From Macrostomum hystrix (lineage: Eukaryota; Animalia; Platyhelminthes), in NCBI GenBank assembly GCA_950097015.1, contig CATNEN010000012.1, forward strand, positions 2,666,001 to 2,730,000: a DNA stretch of 64,000 nt. The letters run 5' to 3'. Of this stretch, positions 13,801 to 30,502 are shown piece after piece. The position numbers were made by a program, and so were the translations under genes. How positions within the stretch are numbered: the stretch's first letter is position 1; each line of letters starts with the position of its first letter. Below the pieces are notes generated by a model. That model was not told the DNA's origin. It did no database searches and worked only from the letters and a program-made list of their open reading frames with translations.

Positions 13801-16800
13801 GTAGCTCCTTGGGAACGTTAACGCCACCGTCATCGGATGCTGCCCCGACTGCCGCTGAATAACGCATTGAAACGAGTGACAGATTCATGTTAATTAGTCA
13901 GTACACATTTGGCCTGAAAAGGAATTATATTTCGAAAAAACTTTTTCCCCCCTGCTAACCTTCATCGTTGCTTAAGTTGGACGGCGCCCGCACGCTTGCC
14001 ACAGCGACTGTCTTGGTGACCACCTCAGACTTTTCTCCTTTGTCCAGCGAGGTGCCAGCGCAGGTCTTCAGCGAGCTGAGCGACTTGGTGGCGATGTCAG
14101 CTTTCTGCCATTGGTGAAGGATTTAGAAGGGTCGGTTTTAAGTGAGAGAGAAACGATTCTTAGGAGTGACGACTCTCAGCAGTGACGACTCTCAGGAGTG
14201 ACGACTCTCAGGAGGAAAGATTCTCAGGAGGAACGATTCTCAGGAGGAAAGATTCTCAGGAGGAACGATTCTCAGGAGGAAAGATTCTCAGGAGGAAAGA
14301 TTCTCAGGAGGAACGATTCTCAGGAGGAAAGATTCTCAGGAGTGACGACTCTCAGGAGAAAAGATTCTCAGGAGTGACGACTCTCAGGAGAAAAGATTCT
14401 CAGGAGTGACGACTCTCAGGAGGAAAGATTCTCAGGAGCAAAGATTCTCAGGAGGAACGATTCTCAGGAGGAAAGATTCTCAGGAGTGACGATTCTCAGG
14501 AGCAAAGATTCTCAGGAGGAACGATTCTCAGGAGCAAAGATTCTCAGGAGCAAAGATTCTCAGGAGGAACGATTCTCAGGAGGAAAGATTCTCAGGAGTG
14601 ACGATTCTCAGGAGCAAAGATTCTCAGGAGGAAAGATTCTCAGGAGGAAAGATTCTCAGGAGCAAAGATTCTCAGGAGGAAAGATTCTCAGGAGCAAAGA
14701 TTCTCAGGAGGAAAGATTCTCAGGAGTGACGACTCTCAGGAGTGACGACTCTCAGCAGTGACGACTCTCAGCAGTGACGACTCTCAGCAGTGACGACTCT
14801 CAGCAGTGACGACTCTCAGCAGTGACGACTCTCAGCAGTGACGACTCTCAGGAGCAAAGATTCTCAGGAGGAAAGATTCTCAGGAGCAAAGATTCTCAGG
14901 AGGAAAGATTCTCAGGAGCAAAGATTCTCAGGAGTGACGACTCTCAGGAGGAAAGATTCTCAGGAGGAATGATTCTCAGGAGTGACGACTCTCAGGAGAA
15001 AAGATTCTCAGGAGCAAAGACTCTCAGGAGTGACGACTCTCAGGAGGAAAGATTCTCAGCAGGAAAGATTCTCAGGAGGAAAGATTCTCAGGAGTGACGA
15101 CTCTCAGGAGAAAAGATTCTCAGGAGCAAAGACTCTCAGGAGTGACGACTCTCAGGAGAAAAGATTCTCAGGAGCAAAGACTCTCAGGAGTGACGACTCT
15201 CAGGAGAAAAGATTCTCAGGAGCAAAGACTCTCAGGAGTGACGACTCTCAGGAGAAAAGATTCTCAGGAGCAAAGATTCTCAGGAGTGACGACTCTCAGG
15301 AGAAAAGATTCTCAGGAGCAAAGACTCTCAGGAGTGACGACTCTCAGCAGGAAAGATTCTCAGGAGGAAAGACTCTCAGGAGTGACGACTCTCAGGAGAA
15401 AAGATTCTCAGGAGCAAAGATTCTCAGGAGTGACGACTCTCAGGAGAAAAGATTCTCAGGAGCAAAGACTCTCAGGAGTGACGACTCTCAGCAGGAAAGA
15501 TTCTCAGCAGGAAAGATTCTCAGGAGGAAAGATTCTCAGGAGGAAAGATTCTCAGGAGGAAAGATTCTCAGCAGGAAAGATTCTCAGCAGGAAATATTCT
15601 CAGCAGGAAAGATTCTCAGGAGGAAAGATTCTCAGGAGGAAAGATTCTCAGGAGGAAAGATTCTCAGGAGGAAAGATTCTCAGGAGGAAAGATTCTCAGG
15701 AGGGACGATTGTCAGGAGTGGCTATTTTAAGGGGTCAATTCCATTGTGTTTGGCAATTGTGAGGATAAAAATCGGATCTCTATAATCGACTTCATCTTAC
15801 CTGAGCCTTCCTCTGCTCCTGCTGTGCCAGCAGCGCTTGAAACTTCTCACTGCACAACTCGTTTCTCATGTCGGGCATCATGTACTTTAGCATTTTCTGC
15901 AGCTGAGTGCAGTTCTTGATGCAGCTGAACCTAGAAGTGGATTTTTCATTGAGTTACTGATTAGAATTACTTATTGGCTGGGGTAGAAATTGGTGCAGAT
16001 GTGGCGGCCTCCCCAGTCCATGGACTGAACAGCTGTACACAGCCTTTAACAGCGTCGCACGATAGTTCAAAAGTACAACGTCTATAACCGCAACACCGAA
16101 TTCATTGTTTTATGGTCCCAACCTCCAATGCACTGTCCAATGGTCACATCCTCTGAAGCACTGTCTATGGTAAAAAACCCGTAATGCAGTCAATGTTCAC
16201 AACTTACACATTGTCTGGCAGGGTGTCTCCATCTGGCAGCGGACACTTTGAGCTCTTCGGAGCTCCGGCCTGCTCATTGTGCTGGGTTGGATTCAGCGGC
16301 GCTTCGCGAACAGCCCTGCGTCGCCTAGCAACAGACATGGCTGGGGCAGCGCTAGGATCACACCAGTCCAAGCTGAGATCGGCCGGCCAGCCCATCACAG
16401 TCTCCATGGTTGTTACGCACGCTTGAATGTCCTCCTGGGCTGGAGTCATTGTGGGCTGGATGTTGCCCACAGTCGAAGCCGTTCCTGAGGATTTAAAAAA
16501 ACAGATCGATATATATTTTCTTAATTTCCCGAGCTTTTCGATTCCGAAATTTTCTACTCCGAGATTCCAAAATATCCCATTCTGAAATCGCCCATTCTCA
16601 AATCTCCCATTACCAAATCTCCCATTACCAAATCTCCCATTCTCAAATCTCCCATTCCCAAATTTCCCATTCCCAAATCTCCCATTTTCAAATCTCCCAT
16701 TACCAAATCTCCCATTACCAAATCTCCCATTCTCAAATCTCCCATTCCCAAATCTCCCATTCCCAAATCTCCCATTCCCAAATCTCCCATTCCCAAATCT

Positions 16801-19800
16801 CCCATTCTCAAATCTCTCATTCCCAAATCTCCCATTCCCAAATCTCCCATTCCCAAATCTCCCATTCCCAAATCTCCCATTCCCAAATCTCCCATTCTCA
16901 AATCTCCCATTACCAAATCTCCCATTCTCAAATCTCCCATTCTCAAATCTCCCATTACCAAATCTCCCATTCCCAAATTTCCCATTCCCAAATCTCCCAT
17001 TCCCAAATCTCCCATTCCCAAATCTCCCATTCCCAAATCTCCCATTCTCAAATCTCCCATTCCCAAATCTCCCATTCTCAAATCTCCCATTCTCAAATCT
17101 CCCATTACCAAATCTCCCATTCTCAAATCTCCCATTCCCAAATCTCCCATTCCCAAATCTCCCATTCCCAAATCTCCCATTCTCAAATCTCTCATTCCTT
17201 ATTCTAAGATTCCTAACGGTTCAAAATCTCCCATTCCCAAATCTCCCATTCTCAAATCTCCCATTCCCAAATCTCCCATTCCCAAATCTCCCATTCCCAA
17301 ATCTCCCATTCTCAAATCTCTCATTCCTTATTCTAAGATTCCTAACGGTTCAAAATCTCCCATTCCCAAATCTCCCATTCTCAAATCTCCCATTCCCAAA
17401 TCTCCCATTCCCAAATCTCCCATTCCCAAATCTCCCATTCCCAAATCTCCCATTCTCAAATCTCCTATTCCCAAATCTCCCATTCTCAAATCTCTCATTC
17501 TCAAATCTCCCATTCTCAAATCTCCCATTCCCAAATCTCCCATTCCCAAATCTCCCATTCCCAAATCTCCCATTCTCAAATCTCTCATTCCTTATTCTAA
17601 GATTCCTAACGGTTCAAAATCTCCCATTCCCAAATCTCCCATTCCCAAATCTCCCATTCTCAAATCTCTCATTCCTTATTCTAAGATTCCTAACGGTTCA
17701 AAATCTCCCATTCCCAAATCTCCCATTCCCAAATCTCCCATTCTCAAATCTCTCATTCCTTATTCTAAGACTCCTAACGGTTCAAAATCTCCAACTCATT
17801 TCCCATGAGCAGATTCCAAGTTGTAAGTTTCGCAATGAAAACCCCCAGTACGCCAATTGCCTACCTCCAGTGGCGCTATTGACCTGAGCAGGCGTGGCCG
17901 ACTGAAACGAAGCCATGCTTTTGGCCGTATTGCTCAAAGCTGAGGCTGAACTCAACTGAGTATGGCAATGGGAAGCGGGATATTAGCCACGCTCATAGAC
18001 TGACAAAAAATGGTTTCTTTTTCAGCTTGAACGTGAAATGAAAACTAACCTGAGCGTTGACATTGCTGCCGTCTGAGGTTAGACTGGCCAGGGTGCTGCT
18101 AAGTGAGATGGCCTGAGTGGGATCAGTTAAGAACTGGGACACCTGGTTGACCACGTCGCAGGCGCTGTCCTTCACCTTCATGACCATCTCCGTGTCGTTT
18201 GAGTCTTTCTGCAGTTCATTAGGCATTGTGTTATGCGGAAGTTTGGTTGAAGTGGATTGGGTCGAGACACAATACGTCATGAGAATCAAGATGAGTCAAG
18301 ATGGGTCAAGATGAGTCGAGATGAGTCGAGATGAGTCAAGATGAGTCCAGATGGGTCAAGATGAGTCAAAATGAGTCAAGACGAGTCCAGATGAGTCAAG
18401 ATGAGTCAAGATAGGTCAAGATGGGTCAAGATGAGTCATTATGGGTCAAGATGGGTCAAGATGGGTCATGATGAATCAAGATGGGTCAAGATGGGTGGTC
18501 AAGATGGGTCAAGATGGGTGGTCAAGATGGGTCAAGATGGGTGGTCAAGATGGACCAAGATGGGTCAAAATGAGTCAAGGTAGATCAGTTGGAACGGATG
18601 ATATAGACCACTGTAGGTTCTAGTTGCATGAGATGGTCCTAGAAATGCATAGAATTAGCCGTTCGAAGCAAAAGTTTCGCAAATAGCAAACTGGCGATGG
18701 AGCGCAGTGCTGCGGTCCGCTTACAAAAGTGCTGCTGACCATGGAGATGACTGAGAGCGCTTTGGTCGGATTTCTGGGATCCAGGTTGGTGAGGATGTTT
18801 TTGGCGTCAGAGATGCTGTTGATGTTGAGCACCTGGACACGGACCTGATCGGAGGCCTGGCGCGCCTTCTTGTCGAAGGCGCAGACGCACACTTTCATCA
18901 AGTCGTTGTTGTTGAGCGCCTCCGGCTCGGCCTGCACCTGCTTCTCTGAGTCCTTGTACGTGAGAAGGTTCGGGTTCGGGAAGCAGCTGCCCTGGCCTTT
19001 CTTGTCGTACAGCCTAAAATCTGGCGCGTTCGGGCTCGGCGTGGTGCCATTCTGGTACAGACTGATCGGCGTCCACTGATCCTCGTTGCTGAAGTCCTGC
19101 TTGCAGCAGTCCAGGCTTGAGTAGATGGCTGTGCTGCTGTCGCCAACGCAGCCCATCACAATGCGCACGGTGTTGTTGCCAACGAAGTCGTCTGGATCCC
19201 GGCACTGGGAGAAATCCAGAGACAGGACGTCACCCAGGCTGACCGCCACGTCCGCGTCGCCCTTGAACTTGCAGACGAGACTCGACGGGATGACCCTGAT
19301 GGAGCTGAGCTGCCTGTTCTGCAGGTTGATTGGGAAGCTGGTTGGACTGCTGAACACGGACAGGCGGTAGAGGCCGTAGCTCAGGGTGTGCTTGTCCAAA
19401 ACGAAGCTGGCAGTCTGGGGCGCCTTGCACTGATAGTCCAGCGGCTTCAGATTCAGCGGATCGTCCAGCGAATTGCTGGGGTCCACCACCTTCAGCACCT
19501 GCCAGTTGAAGTAGTAGGTGTCAGGATTGCAGGTGCTGCTATAGCTGGCCGTGATGGTCAGTACCGCGCTCTTCTCCACCTGGATGACGGTTTCAGGAGA
19601 GACAACTGCGCCGTCGCGTCGGAATTCCACCTCCTGGGTGCAGGACGCGGTGTTCAGCGAGTTGAAGATGCTGCCGCACATGCCCAGCTGCTCGCCACCC
19701 TCCTTGCTAAAGACATTGAACAGCCGCAGGCCGACTGTGTTCTTGCCGGGCTGGAAGTTGTAGCCTAGCAAAGCGAACATGTACAGCCGGCCATTGCGTG

Positions 19801-22800
19801 ACACTGTCATCGTTCCCACCGGGTCAAACGCGCCTGAGGCCGTTGGCTGAGCGCCGTTCGTCGTGAGGCTGTAGACAATGGAGCTTGATGGACTCAGCGG
19901 CACTGACGTATTGTCCCAGGCCAGCTTTGAACGCCACAGGTAAATAGTGGCATTAGCCGCATAGTCAAACGGGTTGAAGTTCTCGATGGTCTGGGTCAAC
20001 ATAGCGCCGGATGGCATAATCTGGTTCAGCTGGAAGGTGATCGGAAAGCCTCGCTCGACAGTAACGGCGAAGATCACGGACCTGCTGGGCCCGCCGACGG
20101 GCTGAATTAGCTGCACTGTCGGCTCGAAAATATCCGAGCCTACTTTGGTCTCGTTGGTAACAGTCAAGCTACCGATGAGATTCTTCATGACGGCGGTGAC
20201 TGTGAACTGGCCGAAGCTGCTCACCTTGTACTTGAGCACAAATGGACCGTAATTAGTAAAGTCGCCATCAAGCGGGTAGGTCTTAGTGGCCATTCCATTG
20301 AGCTGCAGCTCCACTGTGTTGGACTCCCCGCCGATAGCCAGGCCGAATTTCGTGTTAATAAACAGGTGCAGCTCCAGATCGCTGGACAGGGACAGAAGCG
20401 GCTTGGCTACAATGTAAGCGTCCTTGAATGGCACCTGCGTTCCAAGCGTGACCAGCGCCTCTCGGGAGCAGCCTTCGTTGGCGGCGCGCAGCGATACGTT
20501 GAACACGCCGGTGGCGCCATAGACGAAGTCACGATCGACCTGCAGCTCGCCGTTCAGGCCGTCGACAACCAGAAACTCGCAGCTGTGAAGGCCGTCGCAC
20601 AGTTGCAGCTCGTACCGGCCGATGCCGTCGACGCGAAACTTCACCGGGAAAGTGTCGTCCTTGAGGCCGCTGAGTTTGTTTGCCACAATCTTGACAACTG
20701 GACAGGTGTTGATTTTAACGTGCAACGGGAGCACCACCATGTTGGTGTCGTAGGTGACGAACAGCTGAAGGTCCGCCGGGCCCAGCAAGGTCAGATTGGC
20801 GCAGGTGATGGTCAACGCGCTGGAGTCAGCGGTGTGCGGAACTACAGATCCGCCCGGCTGGCTAACAACCTTCAGCTTGTCCTTGACTGAGTCCACCATG
20901 GGAAATTCGATCTTGACCAGATCGGTGGGCGTGGTGCCGATGCACATCGCCATGCGGTTGCTGCGATCGCCAACCAGAACCACGGCGCTGTGGCATTTCA
21001 CCGTTCGACTATTGGTCACGCACAATGTGACGTTGTGAAATCCGAACGCGCTGGCCGGAATCGTGTCAGTCTTTACTGTTGAGTACGCGTCAACCTGAAA
21101 GGTGGCCTTCAGCACGTCGTTGACGAAGATGGTAGCGGTCTTGGACAGTCGCCCAGCGATGATGGCGGTGTAGGCGATGCTCTGGTCCGAGCCGCTCTGA
21201 GCTGGGAAAATCTTGGCGACGTCGATGTCAACAGCCTCCTCGGTGTCTTTGTCTGGAGGGGATGGATTTGATGGATTGATCATGAGAGTGCACAACTAGT
21301 TCTCATTGTCAAAGTATTGCCTGCCTTACTCTTGAGCGTGAGAACCATCTGGGTGGAGTTGTCGCCGTAGACGCTGGAAACTCTGATTTTAACCGTCTTC
21401 TGACCGGCTTTGTCGAATGTGTGCGAGAAGACGTTCTGTTTGAGCACGGCGGAGTTGCCGTCGCCGAAGTCGACGCTGACAGTGTAGTCGGCCGGGTTCA
21501 TCTCGACCGGCGGGCTGCCGACGCTGTACCTGTAGTTGCTCAGCACGAACGTGATGGCGTCACCCGTGTACATCACCGGAGCGTACGGGTTGGACACATT
21601 GATAGTGAAGTAGGTGTAAACATTGGGCGGCAGGTAGAGCTGGGAGGTGAGGAACAGGTGATAGGCCAGGCTGGGCGCGGTGGTACAGTTCCCGGTGGCG
21701 ATGCCGCTCAGGTAGGCTAGGCGCCCGATGCAGATGCATTGGCCATAGTTGGGACTGTTCTTCTGGATGCCATAGATCTGCTTCATGTCCACCACGCTTG
21801 ATGGATTTGGCCTGCGATTTGGGACAAAAATTCGTTGCTGACACATCTGGTTGACTTTTTAGTCCGAGTTGCGAGTAACGCTCCTAAAATTCAATAGAAG
21901 TGAAAACAACGAGGCAGAGATGCCGAGGTGTCACCTGAAGTAACCGCAGTTCTCAAAGCAGTCGGACTGGTAGTGCTCCTGGGTGCTGGTGAGCAGATTT
22001 GAGCTCACCAGATACGAGGGCTTCACAGCGGTGCCGTCAGTGCAGCCAAAGTCCGAGTAGGTACGCGGCATTTCTGAGAAAGGTTTTTGCCATTGTATTG
22101 CTTTAGAAGGGGGCGTCAACTAGTCTTCACTAGTAGACGAAAGAAAATCCTAAGGCTAAATTTCGACTCAGGCGCAAAACTCCTACCCTTGATAGTGTCG
22201 GAGTCCCACACGGCCTCCTGCACGCAGATGTTTGAGATGCCGGAATTCTCCGGTGCAATGCCTGTTCTGCCGCGGCAGAAGGCCATAGTCTCTTGGAACG
22301 GAATAATGGCGTTCAAGAAGTAGCGGTCGATGTACTTCGCCACTCCGTTCTGCTTGATGATGGCGCGCATGCCGTCAACGTAGAGCATCAGGCCTGACCG
22401 ATCCTCCCAGGTACCGCACAGCTGCGGGGTGAGGATGAGGATTCTGTAACTTCCTGCATCCTACGTACTCTCGTCCCACGTACTCGTATTGTACCAGTTT
22501 CTGTGCTTCTTGGTCACGTTTTCGCCCAGTTCTAGTCCCATTTAAAGTCCCAGTTCTAGTCCCATTTAAAGTCCCAGTTCTTATTCCCAGTTCTAGTCCC
22601 ATTCAAAGTCCCAGTTCTAGTCCCAGTTCTTAGTCCCAGTTCTAGCTCCAGATCTAGTCTCGTTTCTAGTTAATAATTATCTCACCGTGACTGGAAGTGA
22701 ACTTTTGGAGATCTCAAACGTGGCCTCCCAGCGCACACTGGAGCCAGTAAAGTCTGTGCCGTAGACGCCGAACACGAACTTCCATTGGCCGAGAAATTCG

Positions 22801-23773
22801 AGGTAGGAACCGAAAGCATACGGGCTGTCACCTGGGAAATTAAAAAGCAAGTATATAGATAACTTTATTGTACTCTAGAGCCAGCAGTGTCCCAGATCTG
22901 GTAGAGTCAGCTCTGTCCCAGATCTGGTAGAGTCAGCTCTGTCGCAGATCTGGTAGAGTCAGCTCTGTCCCAGATCTGGTAGAGTCAGCTCTGTCGCAGA
23001 TCTGGTAGAGTCAGCTCTGTCGCAGATCTGGTAGAGTCAGCTCTGTCCCAGATCTGGTAGAGTCAGCTCTGTCGCAGATCTGGTAGAGTCAGCTCTGTCC
23101 CAGATCTGGTAGAGTCAGCTCTGTCGCAGATCTGGTAGAGTCAGCTCTGTCCCAGATCTGGTAGAGTCAGCTCTGTCGCAGATCTGGTAGAGTCAGCTCT
23201 GTCCCAGATCTGGTAGAGTCAGCTCTGTCGCAGATCTGGTAGCGTCAGCTCTGTCCCAGATCTGGTAGAGACAGCTCTGTCGCAGATCTGGTAGCGTCAG
23301 CTCTGTCCCAGATCTGGTAGAGTCAGCTCTGTCGCAGATCTGGTAGAGTCAGCTCTGTCGTAGATCTGGTAGAGTCAGCTCTGTCCCAGATCTGGAAGAA
23401 CAGCCATACCTCCCGTGGTGAAGACTTTTCCGCAGCCATTGGTCTCGATTTTGTCCAGCTGAAGCTGCAGGCAGATGCTGAACTTGGTTGAGGCACACTT
23501 GCGAATGTCTTGGAAGCAGGACTGCAGGGACTGGGTCAGGCTGTCCACCGGGAAGACCAGGGCTCCTCCGACAATGCCTGGCTGGTTGATGCAAACCTTG
23601 CCATCAGGTGTTCTGGTGGTTGTGACAGCAGCTGCCGACCCTAAAATGTGTGAGCAGAATTCAGGAATCTAAAAAATTGACTAATGCGGGAGAGAATCAA
23701 GAGAATTACCATAGGCCAGCAGGCAAAGAATTTGCAGGCAATTTCTGAAAGCAGTGCCGCCACCTAGAAGCAT
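4848..23773 (-). CDS. Polycystin-1-like (PKD1L/REJ family) receptor-channel subunit, 27 exons, 2927 aa
   Basis: Exons from 5' to 3': 23773-23710, 23640-23410, 22831-22686, 22460-22187, 22100-21935, 21811-21330, 21252-18725, 18208-18050, 17955-17865, 16484-16208, 15930-15801, 14104-13960, 13854-13778, 13293-13143, 12812-12432, 12227-12097, 11742-11341, 11123-10963, 10124-9820, 9409-8935, 8831-8621, 8126-7791, 7334-7040, 6962-6715, 5991-5419, 5275-5073, 4989-4848. All junctions are GT-AG and phase-consistent, totalling 8784 nt. Motifs: signal peptide; WSC-like Cys pattern (SDCFENC...YGQCIC); PKD domain (VDFGDGN...FSHTF); REJ-like region; GPS (HLTSF); TM1; PLAT (YQISVMTG...RIWHDNSG...WYLDQV); RFTRVQR-like motif (AFTRVQRISCC); polycystin TOP domain (YKGGGYV, WLDTRTRAVFIEFTVYN); and channel TMs. 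Confidence 0.93.
6150..6690. repeat. Intronic minisatellite, 45-bp unit, ~12 copies
   Basis: GTCACTCTAGGTAAGCAGGTGTCAGAGTAGCGGCACTAATTACCC in tandem. Confidence 0.95.
7365..7703. repeat. Intronic 11-bp repeat (GATTCTACCTG / GATTCTGCCTT)
   Basis: Tandem copies with two alternating variants. Confidence 0.9.
9455..9780. repeat. Two adjacent intronic arrays (21-bp and 20-bp units)
   Basis: TGATTCTAACATACTGGCACA, then AATCCCAATCTAGGATTCAT. Confidence 0.85.
10455..10685. repeat. Intronic ~16-bp pyrimidine-rich repeat (GTGTCTCATCTCTCCC)
   Basis: Degenerate tandem copies; the reverse complement of the 27690-28765 unit. Confidence 0.85.
11680..12160 (-). other. GPS autoproteolysis motif of the polycystin-1-like gene, split over exons 16 and 17
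   Basis: Spliced sequence SPLYFDEEAKIWKSDGIQ|VGPLSCPSLMHMEVSHLTSFASDM lies just before TM1. Confidence 0.85.
14150..15715. repeat. Intronic 16-bp minisatellite with variant units and a 48-bp higher-order period
   Basis: GA(T/C)TCTCAGGAG followed by GAAA, CAAA, TGAC, AAAA or GAAC. Confidence 0.95.
16570..17795. repeat. Intronic 15-bp minisatellite (AAATCTCCCATTCCC)
   Basis: Long tandem array. The 3' part has a higher-order unit punctuated by CTTATTCTAAGATTCCTAACGGTTC. Confidence 0.95.
18285..18580. repeat. Intronic 10-bp repeat (GATGAGTCAA / GATGGGTCAA)
   Basis: Tandem copies. Confidence 0.9.
22890..23394. repeat. Intronic 26-bp minisatellite with a 52-bp dimeric period
   Basis: CAGATCTGGTAGAGTCAGCTCTGTC(C/G), with largely alternating variants. 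Confidence 0.95.
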
Positions 23774-24845
23774 GGCTTATTTAGTCGAGCTGATTGAGTA
23801 AAGCAAAATTATTCTTAGCTGGTGCTTGATTTGCTTAGTTAGACAAAGGCAAAGCCGCTTGCTGTTTCACATAAACTTCTGGATGGTTTACAGTTATATG
23901 CGCTGCTCGGCCTCCTGACTTTTTATTGCTCAACTGCCTTCTCATGTGGGCACGGGAACACTTTAATAATTAATTATCAACCCGGCTACCTGCACCTCAA
24001 CAGTTGAATTATTCATTAGCGAGTGCTTCATCAGCGGCGACTGTCTCGCCAACAACAACTTTGGTTGAGCAGAGCTTCACTGACTTGGTTGCTATGCCAG
24101 TGCAGCCTCAGACAATACGGACAACAACAGTGCTGCCGACCATATATTGTTCCATCCGTTGCTAACAACAGTATCGGAATCCGGAAAATTCTACGGCCAA
24201 ACGACATGCGCAGAAAAAAATTGTCCGATTTCTCACACTAACCAGCTTTGGCTGATTATTTATCAGTTGTCAAGACAACCCAGTGGGGAGTACAATAGTC
24301 AATTGAATCCGCTTCATTGAATTAAATGAGAGTCACCCGTAGCGGCTCTGACGTTACGAGTAATGCTGACGTTGGTGCACTATTATTCTCTAAGTCATTA
24401 GCAAGACCAAATCGGTGTGAAATCCGACAAGAAAATAGACAAATTATCCAATGACAATGAATAATCTAATTTCATTTATGCTCTGGAGTTATTTAGTACA
24501 AGTTACGAGCGTAGAATGAAAATGCATGTAATATTGACAACAGGCCAATAAGTTCTCATTAGAAGTATTTCCGAATTTTTTCCTCATGCACTTTAGAAAT
24601 GATTCATAGAAGTTCTAGAATGTCTATGGTAATTTTCTCCGAGGACACTTGGACACTTGACCAAGGATACCATAGACTACGAACGACAATCTAGAACAAA
24701 CCGGCTTCTGAATTTCACGCAAGTAATCCATTTATCTAGCCTAATAGTTTTTATAAAAATTTCTATCTATTTTTCTGAATCGAATTGTATCCAGACATTG
24801 AATATTCAACAAGACTAGCCAACAAGCAGTTAATTCGTCGAGGCA

Positions 24846-25355
24846 ATGCTGGACTGGATTATCGTGGCCGTTGGTGGCGGCCTCCTAGCTGCCGGTTGCG
24901 CAGTGGGCTCCATGGTAACCAAAGTGCTGCAGCGCCTGCTGGGCTCTCGGCGGGCTCAGAAGGACTCGATTAAAGCTGCGGTTGCCCGAGAAGACGCCGA
25001 AGCCAACAGGGAGACCCAAAGCGGAGTCGCCGGAGGCGGCTGCGGCGACGGCGGCGACGGCATGGAGGATCTGCTATTCGACGAGAAGCTCAAACTGCTA
25101 GTGCTGAAGGAGAACTTAAAGAAGAAGTTGTACCAGCAAAAGAAGTTAATCCAGCAATTGATGGGTGGCAACAGCGCCTCGGCGGCTGTTGAAATGTCCT
25201 CGACAAAGCCATCGGTGCAAGTCGGCGCCGCCGGGGATCTGGAAGTTGGCAGCTCAGACGGCACCGGCAGGAAAGCCAGCGAGCGCAAGGCGAAGCAGGA
25301 TGCCGAGGCTGAGTTCTTCGCAGCCGAGCTGGAACTGTCCAACTGGCAGAACTGA
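24846..25355 (+). CDS. Single-exon 169-aa protein with an N-terminal hydrophobic anchor and a central coiled coil, function unknown
   Basis: ATG-initiated GC-rich ORF in an AT-rich background. The N-terminus is MLDWIIVAVGGGLLAAGCAVGSMV, and the segment LFDEKLKLLVLKENLKKKLYQQKKLIQQL is heptad-like. An AATAAA follows near 25416. Confidence 0.7.
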   Translation: MLDWIIVAVGGGLLAAGCAVGSMVTKVLQRLLGSRRAQKDSIKAAVAREDAEANRETQSGVAGGGCGDGGDGMEDLLFDEKLKLLVLKENLKKKLYQQKKLIQQLMGGNSASAAVEMSSTKPSVQVGAAGDLEVGSSDGTGRKASERKAKQDAEAEFFAAELELSNWQN

Positions 25356-26646
25356 ACTTTCGAAGCCTACTACTAATAGTAGTACACCCTGTTTAACAAA
25401 TATGACGCGCACCGCAATAAAGTTCTTTTCCCACTGCCCACATGTTGGACGAAAGAATCTGTTGTCTATATTACGCTGTATTTTGCAGAATGCTTGTTAA
25501 GTACGTCTGCTGTAAGAACATGTACATGCACTCGCAATATAAATCGAACACAATGCTAGGTTTTGAAACTACAATTTTGTGCAATAAATCAGTACAAAAT
25601 ATTGTTTTCTCCGTTTCTTAATCTTCATAAAATAATTTTTCCAACTGAACTAAATTTTTCTGGCGATTTCATCAAGAATCCATCCGTATTCAACTTCGAT
25701 TTTTTCAAAATTTACTGTTTTAATTTTTTTTAATTGTTCAGAAATACTGTTACTACTGTGGTTACCAATATGGCCTTGTTATTTAAACTCGACAACGAAA
25801 TAGTTCCTAAAGAAACTGTTGAAAAAATTTCAACAAATCAAGGCCACTTAAAATCTTTCAAAAATCTAAAACAAATTTTTTTTCAATATCTTTTTTTTAC
25901 AAGAAAGAAGTGTCCATAAATGAAATATTTGCTAATTTTACACCTTTTCGTAGTAGGCTAAGCTAAATGAAAACATTCTAGAATTTTCAGAAGTCGTAAA
26001 ATACGTTTTCTCATTTTTCAGCTATAAAAATCGAATAGTCTCGCGATCATTTCGCAAACATGTTAGCACCAAAGGTATCAATTTTTATTACAAAGGTTTT
26101 ATTTAAGTGTTAAAGCTATTAGTTCAACTGCCATAAATTGAATAATTTTTCAACTGTCACAGACAGCACACGAATTAAAAAGTTATCCACAAAAACTGTT
26201 TAAGAAATGTCGAGGCAGATAAACAGACAATAAATATTCTGAAAATACTGTCACATCGTTTTTCTCTAATAAATACGATCATCGTAAAAAGCGGAAGAAT
26301 TATTTTATGCTTAAAACGCGATGCAGATACGAAAGTATTGATTTAAATCTAACTTATAACTCTTATTCATCTACTCATACATGATACAACACATAAAGCT
26401 ACGTGATTATGGATAACGGATAGTCAAAGAAAAAAAATTGTAGTTAAAAATGGAAACACGTCAATGAATCTCCCATATTAACCATAGAAATGATCAAAAA
26501 AGAAAATCAATAGAAAGTCCTCTATTCAGAAATAGGACAATTCAAGTGGACGTCTTTCTACTGCAATGCGCAATACATTTCAACGCCTAGCTAGAAAAAT
26601 TCATAATTGTATTAAAACAGCTGCATTAAAAACTTGTCAGCCTTGC

Positions 26647-30502
<3,856 letters not shown>

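Noticed and set aside
5100-21844. Plus-strand and alternate-frame ORFs overlapping the polycystin exons
   Set aside because: These are shadow ORFs caused by GC-rich codon bias; none has recognisable motifs.
22461-22463. In-frame TAG suggesting readthrough or pseudogenisation of the polycystin gene
   Set aside because: The same TAG serves as a phase-0 acceptor that joins exon 3 and keeps the whole 2927-aa frame intact.
23990-24240. Possible additional 5' coding exon of the polycystin gene
   Set aside because: All minus-strand frames contain stops, and a complete signal-peptide exon already exists at 23773-23710; at most this is UTR.
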